NCBI GenBank assembly: GCA_964016885.1
Contig: OZ024743.1
Location: 327,050,001 to 327,114,000 of the forward strand
DNA: 64,000 bases
Origin: Eledone cirrhosa
Lineage: Eukaryota
Reading direction: 5' to 3'
Position numbers and translations under genes: made by a program. Below are positions 1-12,094 of this stretch, piece after piece (positions within the stretch are counted from its first letter, which is position 1; each line of letters opens with the position of its first letter). Below the pieces are notes generated by a model. It saw only the letters and a list, made by a program, of their open reading frames with translations, had not been told where the DNA came from and did no database searches.

Positions 1-1335
1 GTCCTGGGTTCTAATCCTACATTTGTCCCTGTAAATAGTTATTTCTCTAATGTTACTCATACATAAGTCATGGGTGGACTGCAAGCAGAGATAGATGTAA
101 TAACCTCTATAATCTCCCACACACACACCCGAACCCCCTCTCCCATTACCTCCTACCACCAACTAGTTTCCTCTCTCTTTCACACCACTGATCCTTCCTT
201 ACCTCATCCAACCCATGTCAGCAAGGAAAGACAGCCACTCCCCTGATTTCTCTGTCCATCTAACCCTCACTCCCCAAGTTCCCTCTCCATTAACACTCTC
301 CATCCCCACTTTTCTCAACCCATGCCAGTAGAGTCATGATAAAATGTTCCCAGTACATGCTGTAAAGTAGTTGGTGTTAAGAAGGGCATCTAGCCATAAA
401 AACCATGCTCCCAGGACAAACTGTAAAGTGTTTTGTGTTAGGAAGGGTATTCAGCCATAGAAACCAAGCCAAAAATGGAAGCTTGGGCAAAACATGGTCA
501 CCTGACTAGTTAAGCCTCAGAACATGACACCCCGTCTAAGCCATCCAAGCATTGAAAATAGACATTAAATGAGGATGACGATGATGAACATATATGTAGT
601 TATATCCTGGAAATAAATTATTAGAATATTATCTTTAATTACTTCCACGTGTCAATAATGAATCAAATGCAAATTTCCTAGTTTTGATGTTTATATATCT
701 GGTACACAGGGCATACTAATCCTGGATTCCAAAAATTAATACATCATTATTGACAACACAGGTCTACAACTATTTGGTTTCTTCACCCAACACAGCTGTG
801 TATGTGTGCACATGCATTTACACTTACAATACATGCTTAACAACTGGTTCTGTTTTATAGATATCATTTAACGTCCGCTTTTCATGTAAGCATGAGTGGG
901 TTGAATCCTTATGGTCTTGACTCTTACATTCCATATTTGGCATGGTTTCTACAGCTGAATACCCTTCCTAACACCAACCAATTTACAAAGTACATTAGGT
1001 GCATTTTGTCATGGCACCCTCAGTGTACAGATTGCATTTTATGGTGGTACCAGCATTAATACTTTACAGAGTGTATTGAATGTATGATGATGAGATAGAA
1101 TTGAAAAATCTACTCTTAAAGTCACATTCAGTATGTATAATTCTATTGATAGGGTTCCAAAGTTTATAGAAATAGGAAGTCTGATTTTCAGCTGCTAACT
1201 TACTCAGCATTGTAGTAGTACCTAAATCTTTTGTGATTCTGATGATATTACTGGTAAGTAAAATTCAACGTTTCATCAAACCTGTTAAATTATACACAAG
1301 GACTTACATTGCTCTAATGGTGAACTAATTTTTAA

Positions 1336-1851
1336 CCCATTTGTTACCATATTTCTAATGAAAGACACTGCCTACGATTTCAAAATGTTTTTGAAAATAA
1401 ACAAGAATTTGAAAGGATTTCTCATTAACCCTTTAGCATTTACATTACTCTATATTTACTATTGTATTTTCACAATAAAGGCTTTATCTTACATAATTAT
1501 CTCACATAATATCGAATCTACAAGATTTTGATGTTATTTATTTTGAGAACAATACCTTAACGTCATCAATATGAATAGCCAGTTACAGTTGGTTTGAAGA
1601 GGAAGAGGTGAGAGAACTCTGTCCGGATACGGCCGGTTTAAATGCTAAAGGGTTAAACTAGTGATTGAAGTATAACAATAACAAAATTATGATGGAAGGA
1701 TTTTATAATTTAGTTTTAAACTAGCAATAACCACGCCTTGGATAACCCTCATTGGCTATGGTACGGCTTCTGTGCAAAACAAACACTTTAAAATAAACAG
1801 TTTTGCATCATAAAAGCAAGGGTGGTTTCAAGTGATTTGGTATAAAAAGGG
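1336..1851. mobile_element. piggyBac-type MITE family 2 (degenerate), interrupted by a family 1 MITE
   Basis: Begins TTAA|CCCATTTGTTACCATATTTCTAATGAAA and ends ...TATAAAAAGGG; body resembles the better-preserved copy at 30066-30312. Confidence 0.55.
1429..1652. mobile_element. piggyBac-type MITE family 1, intact, 224 bp
   Basis: TTAA on both sides (1425-1428, 1653-1656); 14-bp perfect TIR CCCTTTAGCATTTA / TAAATGCTAAAGGG; second copy at 34912-36720. Confidence 0.85.
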
Positions 1852-2542
1852 TTTTAAAAAAAAAAGGGAAGAGAAAAAGCTTTGTTTCAATTCCATCAGT
1901 AGCTATTACTAAAACTGAGTGACATGCATGTAAGTTCTTGGTGAATGAAATCTGTAACATGGTTTTGATTACAGGTTGGAACTACTGGGAAGAGATATCA
2001 TCCTTCCATTCTTTCTTTCTGCAATGTTATGCTTCATGCCAAATCAAGACATCGTTATTAATGACTGAATGGATTTAAAATTTTTTATTTTTTTCTATTT
2101 AGAGTGTGATCACATAATCTTAATCAGCTCATGATGACATCAAGTGAGACAGATTGGACAACATAGATGTTGATGAGTTGAGCAACTATGACTAGATTAG
2201 TATTTTATGTGCCTGTCAAAACACCTTCATTCCAAGAGGTTTTGTAATGGTAAAAATCAGGTACCTAGCTTACGTTGTACAATCAATTATTATTACCTTA
2301 TCTAAAAATTAAACCTCTTATAGAGCAGAGCATTTAGCCATTCATTAAATCCATTTATTTTTCTTTATATATTAGTATATTGTTGCTTGTTGGTCATAGG
2401 AAGTAGGCTTACATATTCTATTAGAGTGCTAATTAAAATTTTGTATTGCATTCTTTCTTCCAAACTTGGGCCTTTTTCCACTGTATTTCTTTCAGATCAT
2501 CATCATCATCCTTACTATTTCAAATTTCAGTTGTTATGCTAG

Positions 2543-2700
2543 TCTATATATATAAAACTGAGGATGTCTGTCTGTGTGTGTGTGTGAGTTTGAATCCCTA
2601 AAACTAGAGAAGCACCCAACCGACTGTTTTCAAACTTTACACATGTAATACTTATGTTTCAGGGAGTGTTCTGAGCAAAAAAATTTTCAATGCCCATTAT
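2543..2700 (+). mobile_element. possible non-autonomous Helitron 5' end
   Basis: TCTATATATATAAAA start followed by TGTCTGTCTGTGTG microsatellite, typical of invertebrate Helitron-N 5' ends; no matching 3' end found. Confidence 0.35.
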
Positions 2701-3021
2701 AGCTATTGGATTCATAGCCACAACTGTGTTGGAAATGTATGTTTACATTTTCTAAACATATTTCACCTACTTGATCCATGTGCCATTTCTAGCATGAGAA
2801 GTAATATTTTTTGATAGCACAGGAACATATGTGAAATGTGCCCCATCCACCCATCTGAGCTGTCAGTCGCTCTGATTAATTACATTACAGACCAAGTCTG
2901 TAATGACCTGTCTAACCCTTGCTAGCTGGGAGAATGAACAGTTAAATGATGATGATATAAGCACATTTGAATATAAAACATCTTAATGGTGTCATACTAA
3001 GTATAATCATACATATATATA

Positions 3022-6000
3022 TCATCATCATCACCGTTTTACGGCTATTCTTCCAAACTAGCATGGGTTAGATGGGTTTCCTGTTGTGGGCAATGCCACG
3101 TTGGGTGACCATGTCTTGCTCATACGGGAACTGATTTTGGTTTAATTTCTACAGCTGGATGCCCTTCCTAACACCAACCTCATTTACAGTGAGTCCAAGA
3201 TGCTTTTTTACCGTGGCAGCTACACGACCACTTTACAGTGTGGGCTGGATGCTTTTTTGTTGTGACACCACCTCCACGACCACTTTGCAGTGGGAGGGGG
3301 TAGGAGCATATTGTCTATATGCTTCAGCTTCGGCTTCTACCCATGGGAAGTCAGGTCTTCTGTATTACTGTGTGACGCCAGAGGTCACGGTCCTGTGTCA
3401 TCGCTTTTGAGAGGTGCAATTAGGCAAGGTCGGCCCTTATCACCTCATCCTAGGTCTTCTTGGGTCTCCCCAATCCGATGCTTCCATCGACTTTTAGTGC
3501 TCTGCACCTTTTTATGCAGCTGTCATCCTCCATACACATCACATGTTCATACCAACGCAATCTCCTCTCCTGCACACAGCATTTGATTCCTCTTATACTC
3601 AGTCTCTCTCTCAATTCGTTTATGCTTTGCCATTCACGTATATTACTATTACACATACATCAGAGCATGCAAGCTTTGTTTCTTTCTAATCTACACAAGT
3701 CTTCTACACACAGCGCCCAGGTCTCACTACCATGTAACATTGCTGTTCGTATGCATGCATCATACAGTCTGCCTTTCATTTTGAGGGAGAAGCCTTTTGC
3801 AGCTAGCAGTGACAGTAGCTCCCTGAACTTCTTCCATCCCGTTCTTACCCTAGTTATTGTACTTTCTGAACACCCACCTCCACTGTTAATTTGGTCACCT
3901 AGGTAGCAGAAGCTGTCTACTGTTTCTACAGAGCCCTCCCAGAGTTTGGTAGTGCTTGCTTCCTGTGGCCGTTTGCTGCTTACTGTCCCACTACAGCTGC
4001 TACATGTAAAGCCTACATTCCTAACTAAGCTTCCTGAGATCCCACTACATCTCTTGTGTACTCATAGTTTGCATTTGGAACAGAGGATGGAATTCCTACC
4101 TACACCTACATACTGAGCAAGGCCATTTCCCTGAGGGGATCTAGGCTCTGTTTTCTCGTCTACTTACGATGACCTTAGTCTTTGTCAGGTTGACTTTGAG
4201 ACCCTTTCTTTCTAGTCCCTGCTTCCATGTTTGGAATTTCTTCTTTAGTTTTGCCATAGATTCAGCTAGAAGTGTAAGATCATCCGCATACAGAAGTTCC
4301 CATGGGCATCTGGTCTTAAACTCCTCTGTTATAGCCTGCAATACTATAATAAACAGGAGAGGGCCAAGAACAGAGTCCTGGTGGACTCCGACCTGTACGC
4401 TAAATTCCTCGCTATAGTCATTGTTAACCCTAACTTTGCTGACTGCTCCCCTATACATGGCTTGTACAGCTTTCACAAGCCGTTCATCTACTCCTAATTT
4501 TCTAAGAGCCCACCAGATTATAGCACGGGGCACTCTGTCGAAGGCAGATCGACAAATGCCAGATAGAGCGACTTACTTTTAGCTAGGTACTTTTCCTGTA
4601 ACTAACTCACAAGGAAGAGAGCATCAGTGGTACTTTTTCCTGGCACAAACCCAAACTGCATCTCATTTAGTTTCACCCGGTCCCTAATCAACTGTGCTAT
4701 AACTCTTTCCATTACTTTCATGACCTGGTCCATCAGCTTTATACCTCTATAGTTTCCTCTATCTAGTGCATCTCCTTTACCCTTGAAGCAGTTGACAATG
4801 ATGCTGCTGCAACAATCCTTTGGTATGACACCCTCTAGTGTTATGTGGTTAACAATGCGTGTGGTTATGCTGTGACCTACCGACCCAGATGCTTTCAGCA
4901 TCTCGGCAGCTATACCCGATGGACCGATTGCCTTCCCAGTCTTCATATCTTTAATTGCCTTACTTACTACGCTGCTTCTGACTTGTATTGCTGGTCCCTC
5001 TATAGGGTCCACTTGGGGTAGAGTCTCTTTCTCCCATGCATTCTCCTCATTTAGTAATCTTTCATAATGGCTCTTCCACGCATCTTTCTTTTCAGCACTT
5101 GTGAGGGCAAGCTCACCTTTATCATTCTGGACACACTTCTCTCCAATGACATCACAATTTTCTCTAACACACTGCCTCGCAGTCCTGAACACCTCCTGTT
5201 TCTGGTACTCACGCTGCAAAATATGCTTGAATTTGCTATCCTCTGCTTCCTTCCTAGCTAAGTATACTTGTCGCCGAGCTTCCCTCCTGGTCTCTATGTA
5301 CCCTACTTCCCCCATTCTTCCATTCTTTCCATGCCTGTCTCTTAGCCTTAATTGCCTCATTTACCTTATTGTTCCACCACCAAGACACTCTCCTCCTCCC
5401 TGTGATCTTGCTCCAACCACAAATCTTGTCCGTCGCCTTTAGTAAGTTATTTTTTAGGAACTCCCAGTGCTCTTCTACATTGAATGTCTCTATCTGTTCT
5501 TCTTTACTGTCATAGGCGTAAGTAAGAAATTTTTAATTCTGTTACTGGCTGAAGGTTCTTTCAGCTTCCAGATCTTTCTTCTCCAGTTTGCCTTCTGTTT
5601 CCAAGTAATTCTAGTTCTGACAATGAAGTCGCTGACAACTAAATTATGTTGGGAGGAACATTCCTCCCCAGGGAAGGCTTTTGTGTTTACAACCGTCCAT
5701 CTATCTCATCCTCTGATAAGGATAAAATCTATCTGACTAGAATGCTCCCCTGATCTATAGGTGATCAGATAGTTGTCGGGTTTTTTGAAGTTTGTGTTAC
5801 ATATCGACATGTCATTGGCGTCACAGAATTCTAGAAGCCTGAAGCCTTCTTCATTTCTTGTCCCAAACTCGTAGCCTCCATGGACTCTTTAGTAACTGTC
5901 ATGGTGTATCCCGTGTCCGTTAAAGTCTCCTGGAATGATTAGGAAGTTATTGTCATTTGTTAGGGCAGTAGTGCCTGCGTCATGTGACCCAATATCAATA

Positions 6001-6950
6001 ATATCGATTACAACAACATATTTAACACCTCAAACATGGTCACTTTCGGAATGCAAGGAAACCTTCCTAAAATACTGGGGACACACTATAGGTATATGAA
6101 CACATGCTACAGTAGGTTCTATTTGTGCATTAAGGACTCATAAAGCCTATCCTTAAGTTTGTCTGGCAACCCTGATTGGGGTGCATAAACTGATATGTTT
6201 GTAGCAATTGTTTTATTCAGGACTAGTCTGAGTTTAATGATTCTTGCGTTCACCCTGTTCACTGAGATTACCTTATCTACCCATTTGTCAGCTAATAGTA
6301 TATCTACACCACCCATCCCATTGTCATTTCCCACCCAGAAAAATGTATAGGAACTGATTTTTACCAACAAGCACTCTAGCAGACTCTCCTCTCCACCTAG
6401 TCTCTTGCGCGCAGCATACATCGATTTCCTTTCGCTCTAACATCTCTACGATTTCTCTTGCTCCTTTCATTCTGTTTACATTGATGGTGCCAACTTGGAG
6501 TTTTGGGCATTTGCTATCACTCGTGGGAAAGGGTGAATTTTTGTGGGGGAGTGTGTATGCTTTCTGTCTCTGAATTAAAGTTTCACATGGGTGCTTGGTA
6601 ACTCGTGGATTCATATTCATTTATTTATTCGGAGTTGTTCCATTATCCTCAGCTCATCCATAGATAACGATAAACAAGAATTCTTTGGTGCAGGGCGAGA
6701 AGGACCGTAGTAGTAATGGCAGAATTTGTTGGGGCTGGTAATGGGTGAGGACATGTTGCTGTGGTTTGATTGGTCGAAAAGCCTATGGTGGTGTGTGGTG
6801 GTGGGAGGGAAATTGTGAGATAGGTAGCCATCATGGCGTATATCAACACAGAAGATTAGGGGGGAAATAAGCAGATACATGTAGGCATATTCAACAAGGC
6901 AAATGTACGAGAATTTTGAAGATGGTCACCGACTAAATGATAGATGAGTT
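3022..6950 (-). mobile_element. RTE-clade LINE (subfamily B), near full length, degenerate
   Basis: Minus-strand ORF pieces give APE endonuclease (VGTINV, DVCCAQETRW, SVYAPQSG) and RT (NYRGIKLMD, QFGF, ELLYADDL), then RLRWYEHV; (GAT)n tail at ~3022-3035; multiple stops and frameshifts; 5' boundary approximate. Confidence 0.92.
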
Positions 6951-7044
6951 GGGTTTGGGATGAGTTCATAGAGAGAGAGAAGGGGTTCCAACGTGGTTTA
7001 TTTCGAAAAGAAAACAAATATATACTTTGTGGAAACGAGAACGA

Positions 7045-7250
7045 TAATAATAATAATAATAATTGTTTCTACTGTTGGCACAAGGCCAGCAATTACTCAG
7101 TACATCACTGGTACTTTATTTTATCGACCTCGCAAGGATGAAAGACAAAGTCAACCTCGGCGGGATTCGACCTCAGATCGCAAAGGGAAGTAACTATGCT
7201 GCAAAGCATGGCACCCGACCCTCTACCGATATTGCCAATTCACCGCCCTG
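7045..7250 (-). mobile_element. tRNA-derived SINE (long-variable-arm head, (ATT)n tail)
   Basis: Minus strand GGGCGGTGAATTGGCAATATCGGTAGAG (A box-like) ... GGTCGAATCC (B box); central CTTTCATCCTTGCGAGGTCGATAAAATAAAGTACC; homologous copy at 12095-12287. Confidence 0.75.
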
Positions 7251-7303
7251 ATAATAATAATAATAATGTATACAGAACATATATATATGCTGTATACATA
7301 TCA

Positions 7304-7651
7304 CTTTCAATGCTTGACCGCTCCACTCACTCCCCTATTGTTCTACAGGCAAGTTCAGCCACCCCTACCTCCCACCAAATGCCATGATAGACTTATTTGT
7401 GTTTACAACAAATTTTAACCAATCCTCTTGACAACTACAATCTTCCCATATAAGGAAGTACCCCCTTGAAAAGTTCAGCTATTTATTCACCAGGCTAAAA
7501 ATTTAAATTTAGTCCAGAAATAGCCGTCGAAACAGCTTGAGCTCTGCCGTCAGGGTCATACTTTTTCCTATTTCCCACTCTACTACCCTAAGTATTGAGT
7601 ACTCTGATGCGTTATGGTCCATCTGGTTCCTTACCACTATTCCTTTGTTAT
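7304..7651 (+). repeat. 5' pseudo-LTR of the Penelope-like element
   Basis: Matches 9111-9435 from CTTTCAATGCTTGACCG to TTCCTTTGTTAT. Confidence 0.92.
7458..7561 (+). ncRNA. type I hammerhead ribozyme motif, U3-A8 core variant
   Basis: GTACCCCC-TTGAAAA-[stem II GCTATTT...AAATAGC]-GAAA-[stem III ACAGC...GCCGT]-C|AGGGTCATAC; GUC triplet at 7549-7551. Confidence 0.7.
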
Positions 7652-7741
7652 TTAGCTCCTATCTCTGTAGTAGAGCACTTTCCAACTCTACCATGCCATA
7701 TCCCGACTTTTCCACCTAGCTTAAGTTTCTTCACCCTCACC

Positions 7742-9115
7742 ATGCGAAAACACAACATCGACTCCACCAAGAACATTCCAGTTCCACCGAGAAAACTTTA
7801 CCTTCGGATGCTCACGCAAAAATCGACCTTTTTGCGAAAAGACAAAGATGGAGAACTTTTTTCTACGATAGATACCGCGACAATCAGGACTTCGACACCA
7901 AGGAGAGATTCGGATTCAATACCTACAAATCTCTCCCTCCGAACCCTATGCTCTCACCCTTCGAGAACGACCTTTTCCACCTGGTCAAGAGCATTAAATT
8001 CAAACCCAGACAACAGATTTCTACAACAACTCCGTAGCAAAATAACAGAGTATGAAAACACCAACGACATCCTGGTGCAGTTGGACAAACCAGGAAACCT
8101 CTACTTCGTCAACCCTGACAGATACCACACACTGATCAGGAGCAGTCTAAACTCCACCTATAAAAAGGCTAACCATTCAATTATCGAGGACATAAATCGA
8201 GATGGACAACAAATTACCTCCAGCCTCGGGGTCGCCGACCGCACTGAACCCCTAGACCCACGGACTCCCTACTTCACACTGAAGGACCACAAATCTGACT
8301 TCGACCGCAAACCATCCATTAGGCTTATAAACCCAACGAAGTCGGACATAGGGAGAATCAGTAAAAAGATCCTAGACCGAGTTATACCAAAAGTTAAGCA
8401 AAACGTGAGACTTAGCCTATGGGTCAGCACGCAGGAAGTAATCTCATGGTTCAGGAATATGGAGGACAAACGAGACACAAAATTCATCCAGTTTGACAGA
8501 GAGTTACTATGCATCTATTACCTTACCGCTCCTTACGGCCGCCTTGGACTTTGCCGAAACACTCACACCCATCACTGAGCAGGAAAGAAATATCATTCTC
8601 CACGCCAGGAAGACAGTCCTACTTTTCAACAACTCTAAGTGGATAAAGGGAGCTCCCAACTCCCCCTTCGACCTCAGTATGGGCGCGACGGATTCGGCCG
8701 AGGTCACAGATCTTATAGGATTATTCCTATTTAAACTCACCAAAATGTTTCCTGCATTCAGCAGTGGATTGTACCGGGATGATGGGCTCCTCACCCTCAA
8801 AGGGTACAACCCCAGTAGTACAGACCGGGTCCGTAAACAACTAATCAACTTCTTCCGGGACTGGGGATTTAAAATCACCGTACAAGCGTCCCTAACCAGA
8901 GTCAATTTCCTGGACGTTACCCGTAACCTCGAAAATGATCTGTACTAGCCATACAGGAAACCAAACGACAACCTGCACTACATCCACCATCGCTCTAACC
9001 ATCCTAGAAACATCACCAATAACCTGGTTAAAAACATCTCCCTCCGCATATCTCGTTTGTCCGCTAATGAGCAGATATTCGACGAACACACGCCTCATTA
9101 CAACCAGGCCCTTTC
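7742..9115 (+). pseudogene. Penelope-like (Naiad-type) reverse transcriptase, frameshifted, no GIY-YIG endonuclease
   Basis: Motifs across frames: STKNIPVP, RWRTFFY, FENDL, RLINPTKSDIGRISKKILD, FIQFD, HARKTVL, FDLSMG..DSAEV.DLIGL, GLYRDDGL, VNFLDVT, YIHHRSNHP. Confidence 0.85.
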
Positions 9116-9432
9116 AATGCTTGACCGCTCCACTCACTCCCCTATTGTTCTACAGGCAAGTTCAGCCACCCCTACCTCCCACCAAATGCCATGATAGACT
9201 TATTTGTGTTTACAACAAATTTTAACCAATCCTCTTGACAACTACAATCTTCCCATATAAGGAAGTACCCCCTTGAAAAGTTCGGCTATTTATTCACCAG
9301 GCTAAAAATTCTAATTTAGTCCAGAAATAGCCATCGGGGTCATACTTTTTCCTATTTCCCACTCTACTACCCTAAGTATTGAGTACTCTGGTGCGTTATG
9401 GTTCATCTGGTTCCTTACCACAATTCCTTTGT

Positions 9433-9435
<3 letters not shown>
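9111..9435 (+). repeat. 3' pseudo-LTR of the Penelope-like element (hammerhead GAAA and stem III deleted)
   Basis: Copy of 7304-7651 lacking GTCGAAACAGCTTGAGCTCTGCC. Confidence 0.92.
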
Positions 9436-9463
<28 letters not shown>

Positions 9464-9789
9464 TGATTGTACAGCAATAATTTTGAAAATTATCAAGAAT
9501 TTGAAGGGATTTGGTAATATAACTAATTTTATCATTATTAAGCTGGTTAAAGGTTCTTGCATAAAATTACAATGAAAGATTTTTAGATACATATAAACAC
9601 TTTGAAATAAAGTTTTGTATAGGCAAATTAGTATCAAAAGGGTTACTATGAACTGGTCAAAAGGTACCCAAATGTAGTATTACACATCCCTATCTCCATC
9701 ATTACCACCATTATCATTCATTTTTACATTGGTCTTTCATTTCAAGTTGAGTGTCTCCTCCAACACCACACTTCAACACAAGTTATGGT

Positions 9790-10106
9790 TCTTTGGCATC
9801 CCTTTTGTGTGGTGCAGTTTCTTAACATCAGTCTTCACTATTTTTGTCCCATGCCTACTTTAACCATCATCTTCTTTAGGTTTCATCCACTTCAAGTGCT
9901 CAGCATTTCTTTATACAACTAACATCCTCCATATGCACCGCATACTTGTACTAGCACAATCTTCCCTCTTACACACTACATACAATTCCTCTTATATGCA
10001 GTTTTTCTCGGATCATTTGTTGTCCATTATTCATGCCCGCTAATATTAAACATCCAGTGGAGCATGCTCCTCTCATTTCTTTCCAACCATCATACATCCA
10101 TCACAT
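9790..10106 (-). mobile_element. old RTE 3' ORF fragment, interrupted by a SINE
   Basis: Degenerate similarity to the LERNE.SML.W / RLRWYGHV region of the younger RTE copies. Confidence 0.6.
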
Positions 10107-10446
10107 TCAAGGTCCACACCATACTTTGAACATCGAAGACTCCCTTCGGTCATGAATGATCATGTGATTTGCACTTAGAAAGTTTCCCTCCGAGGCACAA
10201 ATCCGAGCAAGGTTGTTTGAGAAGACCAGCAGTCGCCCACGCCACCGATGATATCTGAAGGAAAGGCTATGGCCGATACAGCTTGGCACCGGTGACGTCG
10301 CAACTCACTTTTACAGCTGAGTAAACAGGAGCAACGTGAAATAAAGTGTCTTGCTGAAGGACACAACGCATCACCCAATCCGAGAATCGAACTCACAACC
10401 TTTCGATTGCAAGCCCAATGCTCTAACCACTAAGCCATGCGCCTTC
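10107..10446 (-). mobile_element. tRNA-derived SINE (head type H1, tail type 1)
   Basis: GGCGCATGGCTTAGTGGTTAGAGC (A box) ... GAGTTCGATTCTC (B box) ... GTGTCCTTCAGCAAGACACTTTATTTCAC; head shared with 55843-56108 and 61001-61140. Confidence 0.85.
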
Positions 10447-10818
10447 ACACTTTGTACATAAATATCACAGTCTACCCTCCACTCATCATCATCATCACCA
10501 CTGTATATCAGCTTTCCATGCTGGCATAGGTTGGAAAGGTTGTTACAGTTTAAGACTAGATGGGTCAGAGCAAACCATCTTGTTCATTACATTCCATATT
10601 CGGCATGGTTTCTACGACTGGATGCCTTTCCTTATGCCAACCCTCCTACAGAGAGTGCTGAATACATTTTTCATCACACCTGCACTACCACTTTTCAGAG
10701 TGGACTCGGTGCATTTTATTGTGGCACAAACACTAATACTTTAATGAGAGAGAAATTATTTGTTGCCAGCAGAGGTAATAGCTCTCTAAACGCTTTCCAA
10801 CCTATTTTTACTCTAGAC

Positions 10819-10890
10819 CAGAGTTTCCCAAACTTTTTTAAATGTGGAACCCTTTTTGGTTCAGAAACTTTTGGGTGAATCCCAAAGTCT
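10819..10890 (+). mobile_element. possible hAT-type transposon terminus
   Basis: CTCTAGAC followed by CAGAGTTTCCCAAACTTTTT, resembling hAT/Charlie termini and target; opposite end not found. Confidence 0.35.
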
Positions 10891-11586
10891 AATACTGTAA
10901 TATGGTTATAATATAAATATACAAGAGTCTAAGCATTATGTTTTCTGAACAGTATCCTACATTGCGAATGAGGTCATCTATGTAACAAAAGTATAATTAA
11001 TCTGTGGTTTTTGTATTATATCAGTCGTATGAGGATTTTCTTAAATTTCACTCATAAGACTGATATAATACAAAAACCACAGAATAATTATATTTTTGTA
11101 ATAATGCTTTTGACTTTCTTATTTGTGATTGGAGCACAATCAGAAAACTGTTTTTTGTTCAAAAAGAAAAACACTATCATTAAGAGAAAATAAACGTTAA
11201 CAAGATTATAACAGCACCTATCATTTATTGCACCTATACTCTATTGTATTATAGTAATTACAGGTATACTTCCTTAACTTACCATTAAAAGTTAGTGGGC
11301 ATACCGATAAAAATATTCTACACATTTAATCATATTTGTCAGCCTGATACACTTGAGACTGTCTAACCTAAAATAATCTTTTTTTAGATATGTATTTCTA
11401 CACTCCATACTAAGTATATCAGTATAAAACAGTAACCAGCACAACAAATGAATTTGATACACTCATTTAGTGAATACTTTTGTTTGATTCGGTTTAAACA
11501 CCATTCAATTATGTATTCAATTTGTGTAGGAATTTTCTTAATGAAGGGTTAAGTAAAAAGTGAGAAGAAAATAAGTATCCACTTAC

Positions 11587-11680
11587 ATCATTGCCGTGAG
11601 ATTTTAGTAATTCCATTTCATCTGCAGTAAAACTTGCCATTGATATTGACTTCACTCTGTGGGGAGGGTTTAATCCACGT
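11587..11680 (-). CDS. AGFG1: internal coding exon of an ArfGAP with FG repeats (AGFG1/HRB/drongo homologue), ArfGAP domain
   Basis: Minus strand ...TTTTTTACAG|A CGT GGA TTA AAC CCT CCC CAC AGA GTG AAG TCA ATA TCA ATG ... GGC AAT GAT|GTAAGT; 94 nt; RGLNPPHRVKSISMASFTADEMELLKSHGND matches the RGLNPPHRVKSISM signature that follows the AGFG zinc finger. Confidence 0.93.
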
Positions 11681-12094
11681 CTGTAAAAAATCAGTTAATC
11701 TTTTAATCATCTCATTTAAAACATCCATTACATTATTTTATTTTAATATAAGCTTATGGACCCATAAGGGTTGAGAAAACTTTTCAGTTGTGTTAAGGGC
11801 AAGTTGATGTCATGATAAAATGCACCCAGTACACTCTGTAAAGGAAAGGGATCCAGCCATAAAAAACTTGCCAAACAAAGAGTCAGGAAGATTCTTCAGC
11901 TGTGTCTAAGACATGACAACCTCCCTAGTGCTAATGCCATGATAAATGGACTTGGTGTACTCTGTAGTGTGCAAACTAGTGTAAATGAGATACAGACCCT
12001 AGCCCATCTGAGAGATCAGTAGCTCCAATTAAGGACTGACTTGATGTGTGACAACCTGCACAAACCTTGCAAGCAGATAAGAGGATGTTAGATA

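Larger units (their letters stand above)
7304..9435 (+). mobile_element. Penelope-like element (Naiad-like) with direct pseudo-LTRs
   Basis: Direct repeats 7304-7651 and 9111-9435 (near identical apart from a 23-nt deletion) flank a PLE-type RT; 3' end abuts (TA)n. Confidence 0.88.

Noticed and set aside
1238-1280. CTGATGA followed by a small hairpin, and a plus-strand GTAAGT donor-like site
   Set aside because: No GAAA core; no open exon or acceptor supports the donor
9188-9242. SECIS element in the Naiad-like pLTR (ATGA...TGA)
   Set aside because: Cannot form the helix between the GA quartet and an AA apical loop
10370-10446. tRNA gene (TGC anticodon-like)
   Set aside because: No acceptor stem closure or Pol III terminator; continues into a SINE body and recurs with variable tails
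1-11586. Next AGFG1 exon (WLGL...KYE.KRW-type peptide)
   Set aside because: Not found by eye on the minus strand; probably lies outside the window
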